From assembly GCA_030390025.1 (NCBI GenBank), contig CM059432.1:110176001-110240000 (forward strand): a DNA stretch of 64,000 nt, written 5' to 3'. Below are positions 12,055 through 24,800 of the stretch, one piece after another. The notes beneath the pieces are model-generated. The model saw nothing but the letters and a program-made list of their open reading frames with translations, ran no database searches and was not told where the DNA came from. The position numbers were made by a program, and so were the translations under genes. This DNA is from Squalus acanthias (taxonomy: Eukaryota). Position 1 is the first letter of the stretch. Every line of letters starts with the position of its first letter.

Positions 12055-12859
12055 GGGTCCCGATATGTACAGGAGGTGAGGAGGGAGCGGGGTGGCGGTG
12101 GGGGGCTTATAGCGACTGGAAACCCAGGAGTACGGGGAACGCAGCGGTCTAGTCGAGTTTAACGGCAGGACGTTATTTGAATTTTTTCTCCGTTTCCCGG
12201 TTGTCAGCCAGCCAGATTGATAGGCTGGCTGGCTGTCGGGTGGGAAGGCCTGTGCTAGAAGTCCGCTGCCATGGGGCAGAAAGGAGGGAGAGATCGCGGG
12301 CGGAGGGCGGGGAAGAGAGAGATCGCGGGCGGAGGGCGGGGATGAGAGATAGCAGGTAGACCTGGGGATCGTGGGCGGGGGTAGAGAAAGATTGGGGGAC
12401 GGCCTGGAGATCGCCCGGGGGGGTGGTGGGGCTGTCGGATGGGAGGCCAATCGGGGGCGGGGGGGGGGGGTTTAAGTGCTGATTGCGAGGAGGGAGGCAG
12501 ATCATGGCAGGTAAGGGAGGAAACACACCTGCTCCTCCTGGCCCACAAGCAGAGCTGGAAAAGCACTTACCTGCTGGATCCAGCCATTCTCTCCTCCCTT
12601 CAGCTCCTTGGTTTCCCCGAGCCCTGGGAAACCAGGCCCGCAGCCAGTAAATCTAAATGGCTGCTAAAATCTGAGGCACGCAGTCTTATTAGCATACTTA
12701 AATTACTGACCCGCATCTCGAGAGCAGGTTACGTTACTGACCCCCAACTCTCTCCGGTTAAGCCAGACGTAGGCGCGTTCACAGCGGGTTGGGGTCGGGT
12801 TTCAGATTTTTTTGAATTTAAACCCCCCGTACTCCCCAACCGGGTGATAAAATTCCCCA
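12055..12859. mobile_element. GC/CpG-rich non-autonomous DNA element (Harbinger-type MITE, probable)
   Basis: Sharp GC-rich block in AT-rich DNA with internal gagatcgcgggcggagggcgggg repeats and no coding signal. TIRs are poorly matched. Confidence 0.55.
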
Positions 12860-13173
12860 CATGGTTAGCAAACGGTAAAACGTTGAGCTACAGAAGTTAA
12901 AGTTCAGAAGAAAGACAAAAGTAAGTTTGTTGACATTAACAGTTACCACACGATAAGAAATCAACAGACAATGCAATCCTACACATGACTTTGAAGCAAG
13001 CACATTAACATTGCTTTCTAGACGATTATTGCTAAGTAACAATACAAGTCTTCCCAAAGACTAGTTCTTTTAAAATTTCAGCCATACATGCATGATTAAA
13101 AAAAACAGACCAGATAAAGATTTCTATGTCGCTTCCCAAAGCAAGACAGGGATTAGCCCCAGAATAGCCTTAC

Positions 13174-13336
13174 CTCCCAGTCTTTCAGCACTGATTCATG
13201 GATGGAATCCTCCTTCATTTCAGACTCCTCATTCTTTGCTACAACCATGAATCCTGGCTCCTTCACCGACTCTCCAGTTTCATCGCCGTACATGTCTGGA
13301 GACCACTGCACAAAGAAGACATACAGATGCTCGGCC
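13174..13336 (-). CDS. OXR1: OXR1 next coding exon, 163 nt, phase 2 to phase 0
   Basis: (R)AEHLYVFFVQWSPDMYGDETGESVKEPGFMVVAKNEESEMKEDSIHESVLKDWE resembles the OXR1 'RTDHLYAFFIQWSPEIY..TGE..EPGF...REWE' exon. Acceptor tttgctttgcag|, donor GAG|gtaagg. It joins the 43561 exon in frame (ag+g = Arg). Confidence 0.93.
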
Positions 13337-13559
13337 CTGCAAAGCAAACAGTTTCCACTGAATAAATATCTGCTCCGATCTGCTGACCTTCTTTGCTGGT
13401 GCACACTGTACCGCATGCCAGAAACTGCACAGGTGCTTGCTGCACAGCTGCTAATGGCAACAGTTGTGCACATGCTGGCTGGAGGAGGTTACAGTCTGAT
13501 AGCAGGAGGAGAGGACGATAACATACTCCCCTGGCACTAGCAGGGAAAGGTTCACAACA

Positions 13560-13707
13560 CAGGGGCTGAGTGGCCTGGTCCTGCTCCTACTTCTTGTGTT
13601 CTTTAGAGGTTGGATCAGATCAGCCATGATATTATTGAATGGCGGAGCAGGCTCGAGGGGCCGATTGGTCTACTCCTGCTCCTATTTCTTATGTTCTTAT
13701 GTTCTTA
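13560..13707 (+). mobile_element. Two stacked CR1 3' tails (an old one, then a young one matching the 48551 element)
   Basis: ggatcagatcagccatgat...ggggccgattgg...(ttcttatg)n is nearly identical to the reverse complement of 48551-48650. Confidence 0.8.
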
Positions 13708-14346
13708 AAATCACAAATCTGAAATCATTCAAATTTCATTTTATTCATCTTAAAACCATTGCCTTTTTTTGGGGGGGGGGGGGGGGGGGCAGTCCAATAA
13801 TTTATTTTCAGGCCATTTCTTCTGGGCACTGAATTGCACGGATTTCAAAAGCGTTCCATTATATAATGTCCAGGTTTCTTAATTAATATTTTCAAAATGT
13901 ATGGCAATTAGTTGGTGTCTCATAACAATGACATGAAAGTGCTAATATGGTGGAAATGAAGGATAGGTTGGTGGATTGAGGGCTCAGCCTTCACTCCAGG
14001 ATACATCGGTTATCATTCAACCTTATTGTGTGTTGCTGGGGTCACCACCCAAGGAAAAGAATTACAGTGCATTTGCAGCCGCAGTGCCAACATTCTGACC
14101 GAAACTTCTTCTACGCAGCGATTTCTCTCTTTTTTAAGTAGTTAAAGTTATGTTTTTCTTCCTTCTTTGAACATTTTTATTAAAGCTATATAGGTTATGA
14201 TATGTGATCACAGGGATGTTTCTGGTGACAGAAAGACTGGGGCTACGAGGAGCTGGAATGTGCAAGAGAAGGCTGGATGCAAAAGACTTTGCATGACTTG
14301 TGGTCTCCAATACCCTTCATATGGAGGCATCCTCATGAAGCTGAGG

Positions 14347-14795
14347 GAACGCTAACATAGTGGTTATGCTACTGGACTAGTAATCCAGAGGCCTGGACTA
14401 ATGATCTGGAGACATGAGTTCATAATCCCACCACGGCAGCTGGAGAATTTAAATTCAGTTAATTAAATAAATCTGGAATAAAAAAGCTAGTATCTAGTAT
14501 CAGTAATGGTGTCATAAAAACCCATTTGGTTCACTAATGTCCTTTATCTACCGTCCTTACCCGGTCTGGCCTATATGTGACCCCAGACCCACAGAATTGT
14601 GGTTGACTCTTAACTGCCCTCTGAAATGGCCGAGTGAGACACTCAGTTGTAACAAACCGCTACGACAAAGTCAGCATTGTGGGAGTACCTTCATCACACG
14701 GACTGCGGTGGCTCACCACCACCTTCTCAAGGGCAACTAGGGATGGGCAATAAATGCCAGTGACGCCCAGATCCCAGGAATGAATAATAAAAAAA
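14347..14795 (+). mobile_element. tRNA-derived SINE with a LINE-derived 3' tail
   Basis: A-box-like tagtggtta and B-box-like gagttcataatccc. The 3' end gggcaactagggatgggcaataaatg..atccc..aatgaataa is shared with the LINE pieces at 19700 and 54170. Confidence 0.75.
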
Positions 14796-15682
14796 TCCTC
14801 AAATTGTGCTGAGGTATCCTTAATGGAGTTTGATAGAATGGCCAATCAGAAAATTAGTATTCTTAGAGATATGATAAAAGATCATAAACAATTTTATGCA
14901 TCTCCTTCCTCTTCTGCCCATTTTCTCCCCTTCTCTTTCCCTCATCGATCAAGAATTGAGCTTGGGATGTTCCTGGTCTGTATGGCTACCTGAACCAGCT
15001 ACCATTAGAGAGTCCACTATTTGTCCCCCCTTCCAACCCCAGAATGCAATATTCAGACCAAAAGCCAACATACATTAACTTTGCAACATCCCATTCAGGG
15101 AACTTAAAATGAAGAGGTATCCTGATAACTTTTTAAATCAATTTAACTTATTATATATATGCTGATCTAGAAGCAAGTATTCTTTTTTATTTACAATGCA
15201 ATTTTCACTTAAACAAAAGATAGCAACCTAAAAGTAGGTTGAAACATTTATTTCAACATTGGGGTCTATTGTCCAGTCTAAACCAGGATAGGATTGAAGT
15301 CTTTTTTCTTTTCTGGCATAATTCAGCACCAAATTTTCATGTGCTTGTTCCCATTTCATGTGCCTTTTTGTTTAATTGCTCCTTTTAGAACAACAACTTG
15401 CATTTATATAGTGCCTTTATAAACGTCCCAAGGCATTCCAGAGGAGCATAATCAAACAAAAATTAACACCGAGCCCAAGGAGGAGATATTAGGACAGGTG
15501 ACCAAAAGCTTGGTCAAAGAGGTCGGTTTTAAGGGGGAGAAAGAGGTGGAGAAGTTTAGGGAGGGAATTCCAGGGCTTAGGGCCTAGACACCTGAAGGCA
15601 CGGCCGCCAATGGTGGGCTGAAATAAGTGGGCGATGGACAAGAGGCCAGAGCTGGAGGAGTGCAGCGTTCTCGGAGGGTTGT

Positions 15683-15824
15683 GCAGCCGCGCAGCGGTCT
15701 AGAGGTCCCGCGCAGGCTGCTCACTGGCTTTTACATGGAAGAAACCGTGCATGCGCGAAAATTTGAATGGGCTCCGCAGCCAGTTAAAGGGACCGCACAT
15801 GAAAAAAAATTAGAGGGACCACTG
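15683..15824 (-). mobile_element. Mini hAT-type MITE copy with one TIR lost
   Basis: Reverse-complement homolog of 16974-17129; terminus cagtggtccctctaa. Confidence 0.7.
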
Positions 15825-16973
15825 GTTGTAAGGCTGGAGGAGGTTACAGAGATGGAGAGCAGTGGAGGGATTTGATCAAGAGGATGAGAATTTTAAAATG
15901 GAGGCGTTCAAGGACTGGCAGCTAATGTAGGTCAGCGAGCTACAATGTGATAAATGAACGGGACTTGGTGCGAATTAGAATAGGGGCAGCAGAGTTTTTG
16001 ATGAGCTTAAGTTTATGGAGAGTGACAGATAGGAGAGGCCAGCCAGCAGAGCGTTGGAATAGTCAAGTCTAGAGGTAACAAAAGTATGGATAAGGGTTTC
16101 AGCAGCAGATGAGCTGAGGCAGGGGTGGAGACGGACGATATTACGGAGGTGGAAGTCTTGGTGATAGAGAGGATATGGGGTCGCAACTTTAGCTCAGGGG
16201 CAAATAGGATGCTGAGTTTGCAAACAGCCTGGTTCAGCCTGAAACAGTGGAAAGGGGGATGGAATCAGTGGCCTGGGAATGTAGTTTGTGGTGGAGGCTG
16301 AAGACAATGGCTTAGGTCTTGCCAATGTTTAATTGGAGAAAATTTCTGCTCATCCAGGACTGGATGTTAGACAAGCAGTCTGACAACACAGAATCAATGG
16401 TGGGGTCGAGAGAGGTGGTGGTGAGGTAGAGCTGGATTTCAACAGAGTACATGTGGAACCTGACGTGTTTTCAGATGATTTCATCGATGGGCAGCAATTA
16501 GATGAGAAATAGGAGAGGACCAAGGATAGCTTCTTAGGGGACTTCAGAGATAGTCGGGAAGAGAAGCTATTGCAGGAGATTCTGTGGCTATGACTGTATA
16601 GGCAAGAATGTAACCTAGGCGAGGGCAGTCCCACTCAGCTGGACAATGGAAGAGAGTGGTTGGAGGAGGATGATGTGGTCAACCATCTCAAAGGCTGCAA
16701 ACAGGTCGAGAAGGATGAGGGGGGATAGTTTACCATGGTCACAGTCACATAGGATGTCATCTGTGACTTTGAATAGGGTCGTTTCAGTGCTGTGGGAGGG
16801 GCAAAAACCTGATGGGATAGTTTCAAACATGAAGTTGTGGGAAAGACGGGCACAGATTTGGAAGATGAAAACACGTTCAAGGACATGAGAGGAAAGGGAG
16901 TTTGCAAGAACAGAAGGGTCAAGGGTGTTTTTTTTGAGGGGGATGATGATGACAGATTTGAAGGGGCGGGGAC

Positions 16974-17129
16974 CAATGTTCCCGGTAATCTTTTTTGGCC
17001 CTACGCAGCCCCTTTAAGGGGCTGTGCGGGCCATTCAAAATACCACGCATGCGCGGTTTTTACATTGAAAAGCTGGCTGCGCGGGTTCCCTGGAGCGCTG
17101 CGTGGCCACACAGCTTATAAGGAACATTG
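16974..17129 (+). mobile_element. 156-bp hAT-type MITE
   Basis: TIR caatgttcc / ggaacattg; 8-bp TSD gcggggac / gagggcac (6 of 8 match). Confidence 0.78.
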
Positions 17130-18444
17130 GAGGGCACAGTACCTGAAGAGAGGGAACCGTTTGCAATATGAGTTAGCATGGGAACCAGAAAGGGAAGGTG
17201 GGAGTCAGCAGTTGAGAGAGCAGGAGGTGAGTCTCATGGACAAGATGAGCTTGGAGAGGGCATGAAGGGAGATATGAGAGAAACTAGAAAAAGATGTGGG
17301 TTCAGGGTTAGGAGAAGGGAGGGATATGGCAGAGGCAGCTGAACGGATGGTCTCAATCATAAAGACAAAAGTCCATGAGCTCCTCGCACTTGTTGGAGAT
17401 GAGGGTGGGAGGAGACAGGGGAGAGGGGTTTAAGGAGATGGTTGGTAGTGGAGAAAAGAAGCCAGGGGTTATTTCTGCATTCCAGGATGATCCTGAGCAG
17501 TGAGCAGTTTTGGCAGAGGAGAGCAGGATCCGATAGTGCTTGATGCGGTCCAGCCAGATCTGGCGATGAATGGCTAAACCAGTTGTGTGCCATAAATGTT
17601 CAAATCTGCATCCCTTGGACTTAAGGGCACGAAGGTGGAGGCCATATCGGGGAAACAATCAGGGTAAGAGACTAAAGGTAACACGACAAAAGTCACAGGG
17701 TGGTTTCACCAACGATGTGGACAGGACCTGGGATAGAAACGGACAAGCAAGTGGCTCGGTTTGCAGTTGCTTGGTTCAAATTAATCAGTGGAACCTGGTT
17801 AGGTTTTTAACTGCAGCAACTTGAATTTTAGAAAAGGTTGAGACAAATAAAGCCCATTAAAAAGACAGGTTCCATCTATCCCACCTTTTTAAAATCCTCT
17901 CATGTTTAGGGTGGAAAACAAAAACAGAATCCTCCAATTTTTCCTGTTGATATGCCACGAGAGGAAGATTACAGGATGGCTGGTGCGGAAAATGGAAAAG
18001 GGTTCAGAGTGCCTTACAGTAACTGCAAAGGTGTTTTGGGCCATACAGGAACCTCCTGCTCTCCACATGGTCTGTGCTATACCGAATAATGAAGCTGTTA
18101 ACACTAACAATGGGTGACAAAATGCGAAACATATTCTAGTCTCCAGTACAAACATATTAGCTGTTTCTTTTCTCTTTTCAAGGTGTCTACTTGGTTCATA
18201 TTCATTAAGCTGAGGAATACCAAATGGAACACTTTTTCCTCTTCTATTAGCCATTAAGAAGTTGCATGCTAGTTTGGATGCAGGTGAATGTTCCCAATAT
18301 GCACCTTAAATCCAACCAAATAAAAACACCCACGTACACCATTGTAACATTCCAGTTAGCATCCTTGTGGTCTAATTGGAAATGATCGAATTTAATGTTA
18401 AAATATAGGCGGTTTTGTGCAGCATCCCCACAGCATGAGATAAT

Positions 18445-19188
18445 GGCCCAAAAATTAGTGAGGGAGCCTTCGTGCGAGGGTAAGGCTTCCCCGCGATCTC
18501 TCACTGCGCGCTGGCTTTTTCATTCCCAGCTCGCACGAACTTGATGTTCTGGACAGCAGCTGTGCAGGGCTTCCGTATCCCACAGGCGCAGTTAATTCGT
18601 GCGAGCTGTGGGATCACGTGACTCAGTTAGAGCCAATGGCAGCACACCATCTTTCATTCATAGCTTTCACAGCACGGCTGTGAAAGCTATGAATACTATA
18701 CCCCCCCAAAAGAACAGCTAAACCTCAATTAAATTAAAAAAAAAACCCATCACATTAATAAAATAAGTATAGTTAAATAAATTAACCACTTTAAACAAAA
18801 AATAAAATTTTTGAAAAAATTTAAAATCTTTAAAAAAGTTATAAAAATAAACTTACCTTTCTTTAAAGTCTCTAAAAAAGATATAGCTGTTGAAAAAAAT
18901 TAAAAATAATACTTAATTAACTACTTACCTTGTTAAAAGAGGGTCTTACGCCTCCTTTCTTTATGTGTAAAATGTTCCATGCTTTCCTGCGCGTTCAAAG
19001 CACTAAGTGCACTGCGTGCGCGCAGCCTGTAGCGCGCACGCAGTTCACCTAGGAACCGCCCCCTTTTGAAATCACCAAGTGCCGGTTTTCAGCGCATGCG
19101 CAGTGCATGCAGAAAACCGGCAATTGGAGACAGAATACGCGAGAGTACACAGTGCGTACTCTCGCGTAGCGGCACTAATTTTTGGGCC
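18445..19188. mobile_element. 744-bp Harbinger-type MITE
   Basis: Perfect 16-bp TIR ggcccaaaaattagtg / cactaatttttgggcc; 3-bp TSD AAT; AT-rich core; several internal hairpins. Confidence 0.92.
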
Positions 19189-19699
19189 AATGTGTTGAGA
19201 CTATCAGAACACATTTTACTTAAATTTCTTGCAACTGACAGAACAACTTTAATTCTGTCACTCTGGGATGGATTCAAACCAGATTCAGAGGTGAAAGGAC
19301 AGAGAAAACTAACCAGTTTAGCACCACCCAGTCCTTGTAGTTTGTATGTAATCATAAAATACTTACTATGGAATTCAATGCACACAAATTATTACAAAAT
19401 ATAGGATTTATACAGTGCCAATAGCTCAAAGTGCAGCATTTATGGTTTCACGGCACCATAAAACTGATAAATAGAATCCTCACAGCAGTAGTAAAAGTCC
19501 AACAGTCTAAAGCACTTGCTTGCTTTCTATCACAGGAGGGCAATAGAACCAAGAGAACAGGGCTAGAATCAAAAAAATAATGCCAAACAAAAAAACCTCT
19601 CATATACCTTCACAACAATAAAGCAGAGGGAGTGCAATATAATTCTGACCCAGATACTGCAGAGAAATTTAAAGGTTCTTGGAAATGTTTGTATAGGAA

Positions 19700-19992
19700 T
19701 ACCTAGGCAGCACCTGCCAAGGGCAGCAGATGCATGGGAACATCATCACCTCCAAGTTACCCTCCAAGTCACACACCACCCTGACTTGGAAATATATCAC
19801 CATTCCTTCATCGTCGCTGGGGCAAAATCCTGGAACTTCCTCCCCAACAGCACTGTGGGAGTATCTTCACCACACGGACTGCAGCGGTTCAAGAAGGTGG
19901 CTCACCATCACCTTCTCAAGGGCAATTAGGGATGGGCAATAAATGCTGGCCTTGCCAGCGATGCCCACATCCCATGAATGAATAAAAAAAAA
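19700..19992 (+). mobile_element. 3' end of a CR1/L2-group LINE (lineage distinct from the main CR1s)
   Basis: HTTLTWKYI...SWNxLPNST-like coding remnant and an A-tail; homologous to 54170-55130. Confidence 0.75.
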
Positions 19993-21871
19993 CAATAGTT
20001 TCCCTACTCTAGCAATATTACAATGAAATGTCAAGGGTAAACTAGATACTGGGCTAAAAAAGAACTGCATATGACAGCACTAACAGTGTACAGAGCTCAA
20101 AATAATTATCCATATAATACATATCTTATTTCCAAATGACATTAGGGAGTTTATTAGACAATGGAATGTTCTGCACAGGCTTTCAGTTCTCTGTAAGATC
20201 TTGCACATTCTACAAGTAGATTTAAAATTCAGCACTGGTCTAACATAACTATTAATGGCTACAGCATCGAGCCATGGAAATTATTCTGCAAATATTTTAA
20301 ACTCAAGAAAACACTTGTCAATCCAGTTACTGAACCACATTCCAGCACAAAACCCGTGTGTCCAGATGGTATTCCCCTTTGTAGTTCCAGTGTGGTCATG
20401 GTGCTCCCTACATCATCAGTCTGAAAATGGCTTGAAATATTCTCTCTCTTTTTATGGAGACAAAGTGGAAAGGATCCCGCAATATACTGTGGGGGCAGGG
20501 GGTGCAGCAAAAGCTCAGAAGCTTGAAAAGAGCTCATCTGGAGCTTAAAGCTTGCTGACCTGTCACTCCAGTTTTAAATACTGATCCCTCCAGTTCTGTT
20601 ATTTAGACATCAGAATATAAAGGACCGTAAAAGATCACCTTCAATCACCCAGAGTTCAGAAGTACAATATGTCGTTCACTATTTATATCACACAATTGAT
20701 TTTCTTACTAAATACCTGCCCAACTTCCTGTTAAAATTACTGATATTATCAGCCTCGATCGCATCCCTAAGCAGTCCATTCCAAACATTCACCAGCCTCT
20801 AGTTATATAAATAGTTATATCTGATCTGTCAATTCACATTCACATTGCAAGAATGACAATGAGGAGGTATGGTAAATGGTTTTTCAGTGTTCAACTTGTC
20901 AATATCCTTGTACATAAATCTCTGCAATGGTTTATATCCAATTTATACTGAATACTTTTTACAGGTATAGAAAGTAGCACAGAACTCAACCTGCATCAAA
21001 ATGCCAGTATAAACCATCTAAATACAAAATTCAAAATCTAAAAGAAAGACATTCATCTGCAAATTTGATCTCAAAGTGGGTGAAATTTTTATACCCGTAA
21101 GTTGCCATGCTGTATGGTTCAACGTTCATTTTGTTGGGGATGGAGTTTTCAACTCTTCAATGCTTCTTTCCCTCATTGGAAACAGCTTTTGAAAGCTGTT
21201 GGGCGGGGAGAGGTGGAGGTGAAAAATACCAAATGGTCTCATTAATTAGAGTCGATCCTATTAACTGGGCCAGTTGCAGTTTCTGTATGTTTACGGTGCT
21301 TGCAGACCTTTAGGTCTTGCCCATTGACTGCTGCAAAGGAAACAAGGGCCGTGATTTTGCCGGCACTCGGGGCGAGTCTGGAGGCGGGTCAGGTGGTAAA
21401 ATTGTAATAAATGCCGGCGGGTTCCGATCCCGCCATCAACCCGCCTCCGTGCAACTTTGCCAAAGGCGGGCTCACAGACTCCCATTCGGTCCCGCCACCA
21501 AGCGGCGGGATAGGCACTTAAGGCAGTTAACTGCTTGTTAACTGCCCGCATAATGCCATTTTGCCAGCCGTTTTACATTTTACCACTTTTCCTGCGTGTT
21601 CCACGCCATTCCCAAACCACGCCAGCTGATTGTGTCGGGTTCACAAGTGGCTGCCTTCTTGACAGCTGCAGCTCCAGCATAAAAATGGAGCTCTCAACAA
21701 AAATCAGTTGCAGGTGGCAGAACTTTGTTTTTTCAGGTCTTGGAAAACTTTTTGCAGGTCGACTGATCTTGGAAGTGGTGAAGCTGAGATCCATCTCCAC
21801 TGTGACCTCCTGGGAAAATCCTCTCCCCTCATTGACTGAGCGCTTCTTTAATGGAGCTATCTACCAGCAGC

Positions 21872-24800
21872 ATGGGAACCATTTATTTCCTTTCATCCTG
21901 GTCCTCCGATTCGGAGGACGAGCAGCCGTGGCAGCAGCAGAACCAGGCACAACATCAGCACCAATAGCAGGAGCGCCAACCTCATGCTCAGCCACCTGAT
22001 GGTGCACAGGGCAGTAGGTGTCAGCGCAGGGATGCACATCGCTGCAGGAGATACCCCCAATACAGGGTTTACAGGCCGAGGATGACCTTCCTCAACATGA
22101 CTGAGCAGCAGTGCTGAGACTTTCTCAAGAGGTAGTCGGTGACATCTGCACAATGCTGCACCAACACCTGGAGCCCAGAGGAGCGGGTGGACACCCCTTA
22201 CCAGTGGCTGTCAAAGTCACCACCGCCCTCAATTTTTTTGCTTCAGGGTCCTTCCAGGGCTCATCAGCAGACATCAGCGGCATCTCCCAGTCGGCCGCAC
22301 ACACTTGCATCACGCAGGTAACCGATGCCCTCTTTGCCAAGGCACACAATTACATACACTTCTCCACGGATCAAGCAAGTGTAACTGTGCGTGCGGTTGG
22401 CTTTGCAAATATGGTAGGCTTGCCAAGGGTGCAGGGCGTCGTAGACTGCACACGTGGCCCTTAGGGCATCCCATCACAACCCAGCTGTTTTTGTCAACCG
22501 CAAGGACTTCCACTCCCTCAACGTGCAGCTGGTATGTAACCACAGGAAGGACATTTTGCATGTTTGCGCGAAGCACTCTGGCAGTTGTCATGACTAGTTC
22601 CTCCTGCGGCAGACTAGTGTGACTCCACTCTTCATTCCGCCAAACCAACTTTCCGGATGGCTACTTGGAGACAAGGGCTATCCCCTGAAGACGTGGCTGG
22701 TGTCGGGAGCGGAGAGAGCGAGATACAGTGAGTATTTAAACTCACTTTCGCGGGCTTTTTTCAGAGGCCGGTGTCGGGAGCGGAGAGAGCGACGTTACAG
22801 TGAGTATTTAAATTCACTTTCACGGGCTTTATTCAGAGGCTTACCAATCTCGCAGACCGGCAGCGGTGTTCCAGAGCCACGTCACAATTCAAAAAGTGAC
22901 GCGGGCAAGAGGAAGCAGCTGATTGAGTGAGTATCGCCAGGTGAGTATTTATACGACTCTATAGTTTGACAGTTAAGGTTAATAGTTTATAAAGTTTAGA
23001 AGGTCTTAATTTTGTGGTTATAGTTTCTAAGGTCTCAGTTGCGTAGCGGGGAGTGCTAGTAAACAAGGGCTCTTGACTATATCATTTAATTGTAGTGTAA
23101 TTTGTGGCATTGATTTGATTTAATTTAATTTAAATTAATTAAAGGGTAAGTCATGGCAGCACAGCTCGGCCCCATGGCATGCTCCTCCTGCACTATGTGG
23201 GAAATCAGGGACACTTCCTGTGTCCCTGACGACCATGTGTGCGGGAATTGTATCCAGCTGCAGCTACTGGCAGACCGCATTGCGGCGCTGGAGCTGTGAA
23301 TGGATACATACTGGAGCATTCGCAATGCTGAGGACGTCGTGGATAGCACATTTAATGAGTTGGTCACGCCACAGGTAAAGGCTGCACAGGCAGGAAGGGA
23401 GTGGGTGACCGCCAGGAAGAGTAGTAAGCGCAGGCAGGTAGTGCAGAGGTCCCCTGTGGACATCCCCCTCTCAAACAGATACACCACTTTGGATAGTGTT
23501 GAGGGAGATAGCTTATCGGGGGAAGGCAGCAGCAGCCAACTTCCTGACACCATGGGTGGTTCTGCTGCACAGGACGGGAGGAAAAAGAGCGGGAGACCGA
23601 TAGTGATAGGGGATTCTATTGTAAGGGGAATAGATAGGCGTTTCTGCGACTGCAAACGAGACTCCAGGATGGTATGATGCCTCCCTGGTGCAAGGGTCAA
23701 GGATGTCTCGGAGTGGCTGCAGGGCATTCTGGAGGGGGAGGGTGAACAGCCAGTTGTCGTGGTGCATATAGGTACCAATGATATAGGTTAAAAAACGGGA
23801 TGAGGTCCTAAAAGCTGAATATAGGGAGTTTGGAGGTAAATTAAAAAATAGGACCTCAAAGGGTAGTAATCTCAGGATTGCTACCAGTGCCACATGCTAG
23901 TCAGAGTAGAAATAGAAGGATATTTCAGATGAATACGTGGCTAGAGGAATGGTGCAAGGGGGAGGGATTCAAATTCTTGGGACATTGGAACCGGTTCTGG
24001 GGGAGGTGGGACTAGTACAAACTGGACGGTTTGCACCTGGACAGGACCAGGACCGATGTCCTAGGGGGAGGGTTTAAACTAAAATGGCAGGGGGTTGGGA
24101 ACCTGAGCAGGGAGACAGAGGAAATGGAAGCAAGGATAGAAGCAAAAGACAGGAAGGAGAAAAGCAAAAGTGGAAGGCAGAGAAATCAAGAGTGTAAATC
24201 AAACAGGGCTACAGTAAATAATAATTCTAAAAGGACTAAGAGTGTTAAAAAAACAAGCCTGAAGGCTTTGTGTCTTAATGCGAGGAGCATTCGTAATAAG
24301 GTGGATGAATTAGCTGTGCAAATAGATGTAAACAGATATGATATAAATGGGATCACGGATACATGGCTCCAGGGTGACCAAGGCTGGGAATTCAACATCC
24401 AGGGGTATTCAATATTCAGGAAGGACAGACAAAATGGAAAAGGAGGTGGGGTAGCATTGCTGGTTAAAGAGGAGATTAACACAATAGTAACGAAGGATGT
24501 TAGCTCTGATGATGGGGAATCTGTATGGGTAGAGCTGAGAAATACCAAGGGGCAGAAAACATTAGTGGGAGTTGTATACAGACCCCCAAACAGTAATGCT
24601 GAGGTTGGGATGGCATTAAACGGGAAATTAGAGACGCGTGCAATAAGGGCACAGCAGTTATCATGGGTGACTTTAATCTACATATAGATTGGGCTAACCA
24701 AATTACGAACAATACTGTGGAGGAGGAATTCCTAGAGTGTATACGGGATGGTTTCCTGGACCAATATGTCGAGGAACCAACTAGAGATCAGGCCATCTTA

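Larger units (their letters stand above)
15389..17760 (-). mobile_element. L2 LINE, 5'-truncated and decayed
   Basis: SGFCPSHSTETTLFKVTDDIL...LILLDLFAAFEMVDH RT motif. L2-type 3' end aaaggcactatataaatgcaagttgttg. Confidence 0.88.

Noticed and set aside
13337..13473. N-terminal part of ORF 13153-13473 as coding sequence
   Set aside because: It is intronic read-through upstream of the acceptor; only 13336-13174 resembles OXR1.
17889..18254. 121-aa minus-strand ORF in unique DNA with an act|gtaagg donor
   Set aside because: The donor is phase 0 in this frame, incompatible with the phase-2 acceptor at 13336. The phase-2 frame has stops and there is no recognisable homology.
20255..20548. Overlapping ~95-aa ORFs in unique DNA
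   Set aside because: No recognisable homology or convincing splice signals; the length is within chance expectation.
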